DNA of 64,000 nt, taken from contig JAIXOQ010000017.1 of NCBI GenBank assembly GCA_027486675.1, positions 188,231 to 252,230 on the forward strand, written 5' to 3'. The notes beneath the pieces were generated by a model, which was not told where the DNA came from, did not search any database, and saw only the letters and a program-made list of their open reading frames with translations. Position 1 is the stretch's first letter. The number at the start of each line of letters is the position of its first letter. Of this stretch, positions 1-9,423 are shown piece after piece. The position numbers and the translations under genes were made by a program. This DNA comes from Pseudomonadota bacterium. GTDB taxonomy: Bacteria; Bdellovibrionota; UBA1018; CAIMNF01.

Positions 1-58
1 ACTACCTTCACAGTCACTATCCCGATCCAACAAACACAGGAGGACTGCAAGGACTAAT

Positions 59-991
59 ATGGAAACGACCTTCGTCACCGAACACTTCAATAAATTTCTT
101 TCGAACTGGTGTTCGGTCATATCCTTGAATTTTGTCGCAGCAAGGATTGATCCGTTTTTCGAAGAGTACGAAAGTGCAGATCTTTTGTTAAATGCAGTGC
201 TTCATGGTTATGACACACACCCGAATTTTAAGGATGCCTTTACTGCTTGGGTGACTTCCCAGCGAGGCGAAAATGCCAAGGGAAGTACATTCGACGGGTG
301 CATCCGCATGGTTGGCCTTAAAACAGCCAAACACTTCCTGACTGCTTGCCTCCTCGGTGAACGCAACCAGTCAAAGTCTCTTCAGCTGGATTCAAAGACT
401 CTTCTTTTCCCAAAGCCCCTCAATCAAACCCTTCTTTACTCAACTCTTGCCCAACAAACCTTTGGGGATGGAACACGCTACCACGATACAGTTTATCCAC
501 TCGGACTCTTCTTTGACTTCCTCCAGATGTACATCGAGATCCATGCAAAGGCTGAAGAGAAGAAAAAAATTGAAGTTTTCTTAAAGAGTCGTTTTGACCT
601 AGCGCTAGCATCGTCAAAGAGAGCTATCGAGCTGATGCGGAATAGCGAAAGGATGATTCTTGAACGAGATGTGATTCCTTTGATTTTTCTAGATTGTGCA
701 TCTCAAGGAATATTTGCGTTCTTTGATTCCTCGTACCCAGATTTCATTTCCATCATAGAAAAGAAGCGACTCCCCCCTTCCCTATCGAACTACGCGGAAC
801 GGCTGAGATTCGGAACCCACCACAGTCAGCTGGGAAATGCTTCCATCCCTGCGCTCCCGCAATTTAAGCCTCTTTCCCGTGCAATCTATAGCTTGCACGC
901 GCCTCACACGCTCAATCGCGCACAGGATATCGACATCAAAGACTTAGTGACTGTTGTGACTCAGGCTCTCTCCATGAAAGAGGCAGCCTAA
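59..991 (+). CDS. Hypothetical signalling-associated protein, possibly HDOD-like; first gene of a four-gene operon
   Basis: 310-aa ORF with an AAGGA/AGGAGG upstream. Its stop is adjacent to the next start (991/993). Weak by-eye resemblance to the HDOD fold. No catalytic motif recognised. Confidence 0.5.
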   Translation: METTFVTEHFNKFLSNWCSVISLNFVAARIDPFFEEYESADLLLNAVLHGYDTHPNFKDAFTAWVTSQRGENAKGSTFDGCIRMVGLKTAKHFLTACLLGERNQSKSLQLDSKTLLFPKPLNQTLLYSTLAQQTFGDGTRYHDTVYPLGLFFDFLQMYIEIHAKAEEKKKIEVFLKSRFDLALASSKRAIELMRNSERMILERDVIPLIFLDCASQGIFAFFDSSYPDFISIIEKKRLPPSLSNYAERLRFGTHHSQLGNASIPALPQFKPLSRAIYSLHAPHTLNRAQDIDIKDLVTVVTQALSMKEAA

Positions 992-992
992 T

Positions 993-1610
993 ATGAAGTT
1001 GAAATTAGAGACTTTTACCGAGATCACGATTCTGAAAGTTTTTGACCCAATCCCAGGCACGAAGATCGATATACTCCTTGCTGGTTTAAACAAGCTGAAG
1101 GAACTCAAATCAAGATGGCTTATTATTGACCTAACCCACGCGTCGCCAGACGAGAATACACTCAGGAAGCTCATCGCTATCCGCCCGATGCTTGAATCCA
1201 TGTTAAAAGGACTGATCTTAGTAGGTCCTTCAGTAGACCTGTGCCAACACCAAGACTTTCGTGATGCCTTGATGGAGTGTCAAAAGGGCGGTTCTCAGGA
1301 GGCCAGATTCCTCATGGAAAAATGGGATCTTGAGCAGACGGTGGCGGAGCTTGAACAAAAGAAGCGATTAGGCCAAGAAGGGGACTATGCATCCATGAGT
1401 GAGGAAGACAGAAAGACGGAGATCGCAAGGCTTCGAAGAGAAACCTACAGGCTTAAGAAGCTCCAATCCTTCTATATCGACAACATGGTGGCTCGTGCTT
1501 TTTATGCCGAAGGCCCAAAAGAATACAGTGAAGCTACGATTCAGCTCAAGGAGCGATGCATCGAGTTCTTTCAAGACCTACAACTGCTTAAGAAAGGATC
1601 GTCTGCATGA
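993..1610 (+). CDS. Hypothetical protein with an N-terminal STAS-like (anti-sigma-antagonist-like) region
   Basis: 205-aa ORF, 2 nt after the upstream stop. Its pattern of alternating hydrophobic blocks (TILKVFD...IDILLAGLNKL...LIIDLTH) resembles a STAS domain. Its stop overlaps the next start (ATGA). Confidence 0.5.
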   Translation: MKLKLETFTEITILKVFDPIPGTKIDILLAGLNKLKELKSRWLIIDLTHASPDENTLRKLIAIRPMLESMLKGLILVGPSVDLCQHQDFRDALMECQKGGSQEARFLMEKWDLEQTVAELEQKKRLGQEGDYASMSEEDRKTEIARLRRETYRLKKLQSFYIDNMVARAFYAEGPKEYSEATIQLKERCIEFFQDLQLLKKGSSA

Positions 1611-1915
1611 ACCCCTACGACCCACTCTACCCCCGTCCGATCATTGCGCATCTGAAGAAGATGATTCAGAAACTGCAAAAGGAGGTCACCTCGGTGGATC
1701 CGATCATTCTTGAAATGGATCAATTGAAGAGGAAGAACGAACAGATTAAAAAAGAGATTGCCCAGATCGAGGGAAGGTGGCTCATGGGATGCAATAAGGA
1801 CGACCTGTTAGCACAAAACCTCTATGAAGGAGTACAGGCACAAACCCTCTTAACAGAAATCGAATTAGCGGAAGCTCAGGAATTTCCAGATCATTCGAAG
1901 GAGAAATCAAAATGA
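1607..1915 (+). CDS. Small coiled-coil protein
   Basis: 102-aa K/E/Q-rich ORF. It is translationally coupled on both sides (4-nt overlaps at 1607-1610 and 1912-1915). Confidence 0.45.
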   Translation: MNPYDPLYPRPIIAHLKKMIQKLQKEVTSVDPIILEMDQLKRKNEQIKKEIAQIEGRWLMGCNKDDLLAQNLYEGVQAQTLLTEIELAEAQEFPDHSKEKSK

Positions 1916-2307
1916 CAGCGAAGTCAGTACTTTTTGTCGATGACGAAGTCCCGGTCTTAAATGCCTTAAAACGTCTGGTAGGAAACCTCGGATATGAGGT
2001 TCTGACCTGCGATTCGCCTCTCGAAGCACTCACGTTACTCAAGTCGCGCTCCATTCATCTCATCGTCTCAGACTACCGTATGCCTAAGATGACTGGTGCT
2101 GAGTTCCTGAGGGAGGTACGGAAATTGCGCCCGGAAAGTGTTCGCTTAGTACTTTCAGGCTATGCGGATGCTCAGGTCGTGACCGAGATGATTGAAAAGG
2201 GGGAAATATTTCGTTTCCTCATGAAACCCTGGGATGCACAGGAACTCAAGGCTGCAATTGAGGATGGGTTTGCACATCAGGAAAGAATGTCTTTCCTGAA
2301 AACTTAA
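1912..2307 (+). CDS. Stand-alone response regulator receiver (CheY-like)
   Basis: Receiver signature: the DD pair in VDDEVP, the phospho-acceptor Asp in LIVSDYRMP, a conserved Ser/Thr in LVLSGY, and Lys in MKPW. 131 aa with no output domain. Confidence 0.8.
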   Translation: MTAKSVLFVDDEVPVLNALKRLVGNLGYEVLTCDSPLEALTLLKSRSIHLIVSDYRMPKMTGAEFLREVRKLRPESVRLVLSGYADAQVVTEMIEKGEIFRFLMKPWDAQELKAAIEDGFAHQERMSFLKT

Positions 2308-2717
2308 AGCTGCGGACCAAGCAGAACCTTGATCCAACGTACATAACGATCATCTTGAACGGGCTTTTCTAAGAATATGAGGTTCTCAAGCAACGCAGGA
2401 TGCACACACTCTGCTTCATCCCGAAATCCCGTGAGAAGAAGAATCTTAGCAAATTGATTGGGGCCGGCGGTGGTACGAATCATTTTAACCAGATCCATGC
2501 CCGTCAATATCGGCATACGGTGGTCAAGTGATATTGCATCAAAAGATTGAGTTTGAATTCTTTTTAGTGCCTCCGTTGGATCATTGAAGGTCTCCACGTG
2601 GCAATTGAAATGCTCTTCTAAAATGAGCTTGAGGAGCCGCGTCATTTTCGGTTCATCATCGACGATAGCAATCCTACAAGATTCGGAATCTTCCACACTG
2701 CACCGCCTTAACTTCAT
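2304..2717 (-). CDS. Stand-alone response regulator receiver
   Basis: IVDDEP, ISLDHRMP, LLLTGF and LEKP receiver motifs. 137 aa. Convergent with the previous gene, with a 4-nt overlap. Confidence 0.75.
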   Translation of the reverse strand: MKLRRCSVEDSESCRIAIVDDEPKMTRLLKLILEEHFNCHVETFNDPTEALKRIQTQSFDAISLDHRMPILTGMDLVKMIRTTAGPNQFAKILLLTGFRDEAECVHPALLENLIFLEKPVQDDRYVRWIKVLLGPQL

Positions 2718-2813
2718 TATCGACCGGGGACTTCATCTACTAAAGCAAAGACTTCTTATGATTCGATTTTCCCTCAGTCTCGGAGTGGAAAGAACCGATA
2801 GAGCCTTAACTCC

Positions 2814-4211
2814 ATGTTTACAAAGTCTATAACCAGATTGACTACATTCTGCAGAGAACGACGATCTCTTTTCGTACCCACTCTTGCGCTTTTCCTCTGT
2901 TACATGGCCGCCGGTGCACTGGCGCGATACTCCTATGTTAGCAGCAGTCACGACGCACTGCGAAACCAGAGACTCCGCAGCATCACAGGAAAAATTTTTG
3001 ATTACTCCTCTGAGAACTACCATACACAGCTCGATTTTAAGATCTTTGTACAGAACCCGACTCGGGATTTTATTAACCATTTTAAGATTCACGAATCTGA
3101 TCTCTCTTTGAAGCAGTTAGAACTAGAAAAAACTTTAAACACACTGCGGGATGAGCTGGATCCGAAAACTATTTCGCTCTTCAAAGAGATTAAAAATCAC
3201 CAAGCAAAAACAGTTCAGCTTTGGAGTTTAGCGATCAGCAATTTCAATACGACGAGAAACTTGAACCGCTTGCGAGACCGCGTCACTTTATCGTCGATCG
3301 ATTTTGAGGTCTCAGAGTTTTTTCAAAAGTTAAAGGAGATGTCCGAGCTACATACCCTCCATGTCGATGCGGTTGCTACCCAAAATCGAAATGCGGTGGA
3401 TCGACGGCTACTGCTTTACGGAATCCTTGCTACCTGCGTCTTTTTTCTGCTGCTCTACATCATTGTCTCATCCATCCGCAGAGAAAGAACTCTAGTCAAC
3501 CAGTTGGTGCAGAACGAAAAGCTTTCATCCTTGGGTCAAATGAGCGCAGGCATAGCCCACGAGCTGAACACCCCGCTGATGTACATTCAAGGGTACGCAG
3601 GCAGGATTCGCTCTACATTACGGAAATCGAAAATCGAGCTTCCATCCCTTTCAGAATACCTTTCTGAGGTGGACGAAGGGATAGAACGCATGTCCTTGAT
3701 CATTGGCCATCTCAGAGAGTTTGCACGCAAAGACGACAAGAATAAGAAACCGTTTTCCCCTGAGAAGTCTATCTCACGTGCATTTGATTTCTTTAATGAA
3801 CAATTGGCTCAACAAGGTATCGACGTCCAACTTTTACTAGATGCGGGTGGCATGAAAATATTAGGAACGGCAAATCGGTTCGAACAAATCTTTATCAATC
3901 TGATCTCTAATGCTCGGGATGCGCTCCAGTCCATGCCGGAGAACCGCAACAAATATATCCGGGTGGTTTGTCAAAGCGTCGACCGTAACATTGCAATTCG
4001 TTTTGAGGATAATGGTCCGGGTATCCCTCAGGAAAAATTTAACCTTGTCTTTGAGCCCTTCTACACCACAAAACCTATGGGAAGTGGTACCGGCCTTGGT
4101 TTATCGATTGTGCATGAAATCGTGAATGAACACCGCGGCAAGATCACACTCAACTCAAACCCAAGGACCGGAACTGTGTTTACAATCGTCGTCCCAGGCG
4201 TAGAACCTTAG
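2814..4211 (+). CDS. Sensor histidine kinase (two TM helices, periplasmic sensor, HisKA and HATPase_c domains)
   Basis: H-box AHELNTPL. N-box NLISNARDA. G-boxes DNGPGI and GSGTGLGLSIV. Hydrophobic segments near aa 20-40 and 195-220. Confidence 0.85.
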   Translation: MFTKSITRLTTFCRERRSLFVPTLALFLCYMAAGALARYSYVSSSHDALRNQRLRSITGKIFDYSSENYHTQLDFKIFVQNPTRDFINHFKIHESDLSLKQLELEKTLNTLRDELDPKTISLFKEIKNHQAKTVQLWSLAISNFNTTRNLNRLRDRVTLSSIDFEVSEFFQKLKEMSELHTLHVDAVATQNRNAVDRRLLLYGILATCVFFLLLYIIVSSIRRERTLVNQLVQNEKLSSLGQMSAGIAHELNTPLMYIQGYAGRIRSTLRKSKIELPSLSEYLSEVDEGIERMSLIIGHLREFARKDDKNKKPFSPEKSISRAFDFFNEQLAQQGIDVQLLLDAGGMKILGTANRFEQIFINLISNARDALQSMPENRNKYIRVVCQSVDRNIAIRFEDNGPGIPQEKFNLVFEPFYTTKPMGSGTGLGLSIVHEIVNEHRGKITLNSNPRTGTVFTIVVPGVEP

Positions 4212-5284
4212 GAAGAACGAAAGAATTCACTCTTCAAATATGAATCCCGGCAATCCGCCAATAGAACCTTCGTAATCCCACCTAGCGGAATGGCAATCAA
4301 CATTGCCGCAAATCCACCCAAGTTCCCCGCCACCATCAAGACCATGATGGTCTCAAGCGCCGTTAACCCGACCCGATCCCCTACAATGCTTGGGGTGATC
4401 ACAAAACTCTCTAACGATTGGCCTATAAGAAAAACAAGCCAGACCCACAAAACAGATGTGATCTGATCGAAGTTCGCGAGTCCTACGAGTGTCGCGACAA
4501 CCGCGCCTAACCCTGGACCAACATAAGGGACTGCGTGCAAAAAGCCAGTCGCAAGCCCAATCAAGAAGCCGTACCGCAAACCGACTATTGTGTATCCAAT
4601 GCCGTAAATAGACCCTACCGTGATCGCCACGATCAGCTGTCCACGAAAGTAGCCTCCTACAATCTCATTCATTCGCTTACCCATTTTTTTGAACCACGCG
4701 CGATTTCTCACTGGAATGAGCGCTGAAACAGATTTAACAAGACGGTGGTGTTCGACCGTAAAGAAGAAATAGAAAACAGGTATTAGGAGAAAGTTGAAAA
4801 CAAAGAAGACAGTAGCCAGGGCACTTGAGAACGCTTTCCCAAAAACCTGAGTTGCAGATTTGAAAATATCAAAATTGATCCCTGAGGAATCAGAAGCTAA
4901 CTCCATCAGATCAGCCCGAGTAACAGGCAGCTCAAATCCAAAATAAAGCGCTATAGCATTAGTACGAAGGAGCACCACATCAATAATGCGAGGCAGATCT
5001 GCAATCAGACCCCTACACTCCCGAACTAGAAAAGGCACGAAAATCATCAGAAAAACAGCAGCGAAGAGCAGTGACGTCAAGAGAACCAGAAGTGCCGCCA
5101 CACCTGCCGTAACGCCTTTCCCCTCAAGCTTTTGAACCACCGGGTAAAGCAGATAAGAAAGCAAAGCCGCTAGAAACACTGGTATTAGGGCTGCGCCTAG
5201 ACCAGAGAAGATCACTAAAGCGACAAGAAGAAGAGTGGTTAGATACGCTACCCCAATGAATCGATTTTCCATATTCTCACTCAC
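4208..5284 (-). CDS. AI-2E family (UPF0118/PerM-like) transporter
   Basis: 358 aa with about 8 hydrophobic helices. Size and topology are typical of AI-2E permeases. Its start overlaps the stop of the upstream gene by 4 nt. Confidence 0.65.
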   Translation of the reverse strand: MSENMENRFIGVAYLTTLLLVALVIFSGLGAALIPVFLAALLSYLLYPVVQKLEGKGVTAGVAALLVLLTSLLFAAVFLMIFVPFLVRECRGLIADLPRIIDVVLLRTNAIALYFGFELPVTRADLMELASDSSGINFDIFKSATQVFGKAFSSALATVFFVFNFLLIPVFYFFFTVEHHRLVKSVSALIPVRNRAWFKKMGKRMNEIVGGYFRGQLIVAITVGSIYGIGYTIVGLRYGFLIGLATGFLHAVPYVGPGLGAVVATLVGLANFDQITSVLWVWLVFLIGQSLESFVITPSIVGDRVGLTALETIMVLMVAGNLGGFAAMLIAIPLGGITKVLLADCRDSYLKSEFFRSS

Positions 5285-7500
5285 TCTTTCAACACAGCTT
5301 CAAGTTCAATCAAGTGTTTGGTCCAAACCGAAGCATGGGCTCTAAACTCTGGAACTGCGCTACGGATTAGCACAAAGACGTATTTAGATAAAATCAGTGA
5401 ATCTAGGGCAACCCGTGAAGCCCGAAACCAATTTGAATCACTGTGGTTTGTACCTGTCACTTTTTCATAAATACTCTTATGGGAGAGGATGAGTTCCTTA
5501 AGGGTTCCTTGCGGTGCTCCAAGATACGCGATCAGCTCCAGCACATCCCTTTGTGGATAATCGAACCCTGCCCACTGCCAACCTAAGATCAACGCACCAC
5601 GATCTTTCGTGAATAAGATTTTTGAGGGCTTGAGATTGTTGTGCACCACCACACGACTTACGGAGGATTCTTGCGTGAGATTTTCTGAAGATCGCAAAAT
5701 CGCACGCTCGATGAGGCCCCTCCGACCTTCTTCCAGAGGCAAGCTCCCTCCGTGTTCGAGGAACAATTTAGAAAACTCCAAATAGAGCTGCGATGAGTGG
5801 CTGACCCCTAGATCACCGTGAACCTGTACTTCTTGCTGCGTTAAAATCTTCTGCGCCTGTGAAAGTGCCTCAAAGACCTGAGAGAATCGATCTTTTGGCA
5901 TGAACTCTGACGGGTCCATGTGCGGAACCAGCCGTTCCTGTGAAACGTACTCAGTTCCCATCATGTTGAAGTCGTGATCTGAGTCATCAGACTGCATAAA
6001 CACTACGGGCATATGTTTAAACCCAGCAGACGAAAGTGCGCTGTAAATCTTCCTCTCGCGGCGGCTTACCCCTACGAACTCAGTACTTCCTTGAATACGG
6101 CAAAACTCTTTTAAAAGGAGCGGTGACACACTTCCCGTCAACTTATACAGAGTATTGAGTACATCCGTATCGCTTGGCTTAAAGCTCAGAACAACTCGCT
6201 GTTCAACGCCTTCCCGCTTCCATACTGAAGTATTGTCATCGAGGGACGACTCAAATTGGAACCCCGTTTGATGAGAAAGCCACTGTTCTTTTGTGAGCCT
6301 ATCTTTCGGCCGGTTGCGCCCCATGCGTTCATGCGCCATTGCGAACTCCCCGTTCACCATCGCCGAAAAAGTGGAAAGCTCTAGTCCGAGCGCAAATCCT
6401 GCTATCAAACTTGCGAATCGTTCAATCTTCCCCGCTCCATCACAGCCCATGAGTTTTAAGGCCTGGTTAAAATGAGGGAGACTAGTGCCGCCTCCAACTG
6501 TGCCGATCACAAGCCTGGGCAGATTGAGACACACGTAGAGGTCACCATCACGATCTTCGGCATGCATAAAACCGGTGCTCGATTCATGGACACAAGCCAC
6601 GTCTTGGCCGGTCGCTAAAAAGAGGGCTGCAATCGAGTTCGCTACGTTGACGTTGTGGCCAACGGAACCATCAAAACTGGAAAGGTGTTTTCCCCAAAGA
6701 CCCCAATCTAAAAATTCCTTAGCGGTCACTTTCAAAGTCTTCTTCAACACGGCTTCCGGAATAACCGCTTCGCAAGTGACATGAACTCCGCGCCCACTGC
6801 CGATCTGATAGTAGGACACCTTTTTATCTGATGAACCGTTACAATCTAAAATGAACTTTTGAATTCTAAATGTGTGTTCGCGATTGAAGTCCTCTTCGAT
6901 CTTAAGACACGCATGCCAAGTGCAAGTCGTAGTCATGTTTTGTCCGGCTGCATCACCTGACGAGTATGAAAATTTACACTCGACCATGGATCCGACAATC
7001 AAGGACCTGATTTCAAGAAGTTCCGCGTGTTTAGAAAACTGCTTCACGTAAGCCGTGAGTTCTGGAACACGTGCCTTAAGCCAAGACTCAAACACCACAG
7101 CCTCTTGCAAAGAGCTGAATCGAAAAGCAGGGGCCCGCATCATCTTTTGGTGAATGACGTGTGCCTTAAATCCTCCCGACTGACTCAGGACGTAAGCGCC
7201 ACGGGTCATACTTGCGATGAGTGCGCCTTCGCTGGTTGCGGCTAATGCAAACACGGATTCCACTTTTTCGGTCGCACCCTGCCCAGTCCGATAGAGAAGC
7301 GGTCCTACAACTCCGGTTGGAACCGCTGTGCAGCCAATAAATCCCTCAATATTTGATGAAACATCCTCCGCTTGGATTGGGGATTCTAAAAACGCAGACA
7401 AATCCGCCCCAAGCAACGACAGAGCCCCTAAACGCGCTTGTCTCGCTTCTTCGTCGTGCCTAGACCGCATGCTTGCTAAGATCTTAAGTGAGTCGCTCAT
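5281..7500 (-). CDS. Fusion protein: HMG-CoA reductase-like catalytic domain (class I type) plus a C-terminal degenerate protein-kinase/APH-like domain
   Basis: The N-terminal half is collinear with HMGR motifs: PTGVVGPL, ATSEGALIAS, SDKK, DAAGQNM, CEAVIPEAVL, ATGQDVAC, IGTVGGGTSLP. The C-terminal has VHNNLKPSKIL and LGWQWAGFDYP, which are kinase-like but lack the catalytic Asp residues. I chose the start at 7500 (MSDSLKIL) because AGAGAGG lies about 10 nt upstream. The ORF extends to 7623. Confidence 0.7.
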   Translation of the reverse strand: MSDSLKILASMRSRHDEEARQARLGALSLLGADLSAFLESPIQAEDVSSNIEGFIGCTAVPTGVVGPLLYRTGQGATEKVESVFALAATSEGALIASMTRGAYVLSQSGGFKAHVIHQKMMRAPAFRFSSLQEAVVFESWLKARVPELTAYVKQFSKHAELLEIRSLIVGSMVECKFSYSSGDAAGQNMTTTCTWHACLKIEEDFNREHTFRIQKFILDCNGSSDKKVSYYQIGSGRGVHVTCEAVIPEAVLKKTLKVTAKEFLDWGLWGKHLSSFDGSVGHNVNVANSIAALFLATGQDVACVHESSTGFMHAEDRDGDLYVCLNLPRLVIGTVGGGTSLPHFNQALKLMGCDGAGKIERFASLIAGFALGLELSTFSAMVNGEFAMAHERMGRNRPKDRLTKEQWLSHQTGFQFESSLDDNTSVWKREGVEQRVVLSFKPSDTDVLNTLYKLTGSVSPLLLKEFCRIQGSTEFVGVSRRERKIYSALSSAGFKHMPVVFMQSDDSDHDFNMMGTEYVSQERLVPHMDPSEFMPKDRFSQVFEALSQAQKILTQQEVQVHGDLGVSHSSQLYLEFSKLFLEHGGSLPLEEGRRGLIERAILRSSENLTQESSVSRVVVHNNLKPSKILFTKDRGALILGWQWAGFDYPQRDVLELIAYLGAPQGTLKELILSHKSIYEKVTGTNHSDSNWFRASRVALDSLILSKYVFVLIRSAVPEFRAHASVWTKHLIELEAVLKE

Positions 7501-7574
7501 AGGGTACATTCCTCTCTTAGGAACTTCCGATGAGATCAGAAATACATAAAATTGGATAGGATCTGAACAACACC

Positions 7575-9392
7575 ATGGCCGAGCTTCTGCAACTACAGGG
7601 CGTTTCGAAATCTTTTGGCCCAAAAGAGCTCTTCCGCGATGCCACGTTTTCCGTAGCTGAGGGCGAGCACGTCGGAGTCATAGGGCCCAATGGCGCTGGC
7701 AAAACCACACTGTTTAAGATCCTGATTGGGGCCGAAGCGCTGGACTACGGGGATATCATCCAGTCCCGTAAGCTTCGTTTGGGTTATCTCTCCCAGCACG
7801 ACACTTGGGAGCCTACGGAAACTCCTGAGACCTTCCTGTCTAAAGACTGTGTCCTCCCTCTCTGGACATTAAAACAACTCGCGATAGGACTTGGCCTCAC
7901 ACCTGAACACTTCGACTTGCCGATCTCAAGCTTAAGCGGCGGCTACCGGATGCGAATCAAGCTTTTGTACCTCATCGGCCAAGACCCGAATCTGATGTTG
8001 CTCGATGAACCCACCAACTATCTGGATCTAGAAACCCTGATGGTCCTTGAGAACTTTCTCCAAGGATATTCTGGCGCTTTCCTGTTGATCTCCCACGATC
8101 GCGAGTTCCTCCGCCGAACCACCTCTCAGACCTTAGAAGTAGAAAGCGGCGATATCACAAAATATCCCGGCAACATCGATGACTACTTCGAACAAAAAGC
8201 CCTCTTAAGGACCCAGCTTTCGGCAAGAGCCACAAGCCTGGCTGACAAGAGGAAAGAAGTCTTAGACTTCGTCGCCCGTTTCGGCGCAAAGGCGAGTAAG
8301 GCAAGCCAGGCGCAGTCCAGGTTGAAGTCGCTCGATAAGATGGAGACCATCGAACTCAAACCCCTACCCGTACGAGCACAGATCCGTATCCCAAAACCTC
8401 CCCGCACGGGAAAACTAGTGATGGATCTAAAAAAGATCAACATGGGGTACCCAGGAAAAACAGTAATCGCGGATGTGAATGTGCAAATTTCCAATGGCGA
8501 TCATATCGCGGTCGTTGGACTCAACGGTGCTGGAAAATCCACTCTCTTAAAGACGCTGACGCGTGAGATTCCACCTCTAAAAGGCAGTATAGACTACGGG
8601 TATGAAGTGACCGTTGGGTACTACGCTCAGCACGTCACGGAGAGACTAAACTTAGATCACACGGTCATGGACGCGATGAAAGCAAAAGCGCATCCGTCGG
8701 TGCTGCCACAAGAAGTGATGAATCTTGCAGGTTCGCTGCTGTTTTCAGGAAATGACATCTATAAAAAAGTGTCCCTCCTATCCGGCGGAGAACGCGCCCG
8801 CGTTGCACTGGGCCAAATTCTGCTCCAAAAGTGTACCTGTTTGATCTTAGATGAACCCACCAACCACTTAGACTTCGACACCGTAGAGGCTTTAACGCAG
8901 GCTTTGGCTGATTATCCGGGTACTGTCATTATCGTGAGCCACGACCGAAGTTTCACGCGTCGCATCGGGAACAAAATCCTTGAGATCAATCATGGAAGCC
9001 TGTCGATTCACTTCGGGACCTATGACGACTATGTGTGGAGAATTCAAAACGAAGCTTTAGGCACTCTGAAGACACAAAAACCCGAAAAGAAGAGAACGGA
9101 CTTGGCGGATTCCCCTTCTAAACCATCCACTGGGGCTCAAGCACGTGAGGAACAAAAACAAAGGGAAAAACAGCTTAGGCAGCTCGAACGAACGATCGAA
9201 AATATAGGATCTCAAATGGAAGTCCTGAGCCAAAAGATCTCAGCCTTAAACAGTGAATTAACCCAAGCAAATGCAGCGGAAGTGCCGAAGCTTCTGAATG
9301 CCCTGAATGCCGCACAAACAGAGCTCCATCCCCTGGAAGAGCGCTGGATTGAGCTGAGTGAAAAACGTGAGAAAATCCTAATTGTGAAGTGA
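7575..9392 (+). CDS. ABC-F family ATPase (tandem ABC domains, C-terminal coiled coil; Uup/EttA-like)
   Basis: Two Walker A sites ([18 protein letters not shown]). Two signature motifs ([16 protein letters not shown]). Two Walker B sites ([16 protein letters not shown]). No TM domain. K/E/Q-rich coiled-coil tail. Confidence 0.85.
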   Translation: MAELLQLQGVSKSFGPKELFRDATFSVAEGEHVGVIGPNGAGKTTLFKILIGAEALDYGDIIQSRKLRLGYLSQHDTWEPTETPETFLSKDCVLPLWTLKQLAIGLGLTPEHFDLPISSLSGGYRMRIKLLYLIGQDPNLMLLDEPTNYLDLETLMVLENFLQGYSGAFLLISHDREFLRRTTSQTLEVESGDITKYPGNIDDYFEQKALLRTQLSARATSLADKRKEVLDFVARFGAKASKASQAQSRLKSLDKMETIELKPLPVRAQIRIPKPPRTGKLVMDLKKINMGYPGKTVIADVNVQISNGDHIAVVGLNGAGKSTLLKTLTREIPPLKGSIDYGYEVTVGYYAQHVTERLNLDHTVMDAMKAKAHPSVLPQEVMNLAGSLLFSGNDIYKKVSLLSGGERARVALGQILLQKCTCLILDEPTNHLDFDTVEALTQALADYPGTVIIVSHDRSFTRRIGNKILEINHGSLSIHFGTYDDYVWRIQNEALGTLKTQKPEKKRTDLADSPSKPSTGAQAREEQKQREKQLRQLERTIENIGSQMEVLSQKISALNSELTQANAAEVPKLLNALNAAQTELHPLEERWIELSEKREKILIVK

Positions 9393-9423
9393 CACCCTTT
9401 TGCGCGAAGATGGAGACAATCTT

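Noticed and set aside
357-617. Short ORFs (357-584 +, 420-617 -) nested in the 59-991 gene
   Set aside because: They lie entirely inside a longer coherent ORF. Their composition is Ser/Arg/Leu-rich, typical of off-frame noise.
7500-7623. N-terminal extension of the HMGR-like ORF overlapping the ABC-F start
   Set aside because: The internal ATG at 7500 has a good AGAGAGG RBS and removes the overlap. The extension is Cys/Trp-containing and unlikely to be coding.
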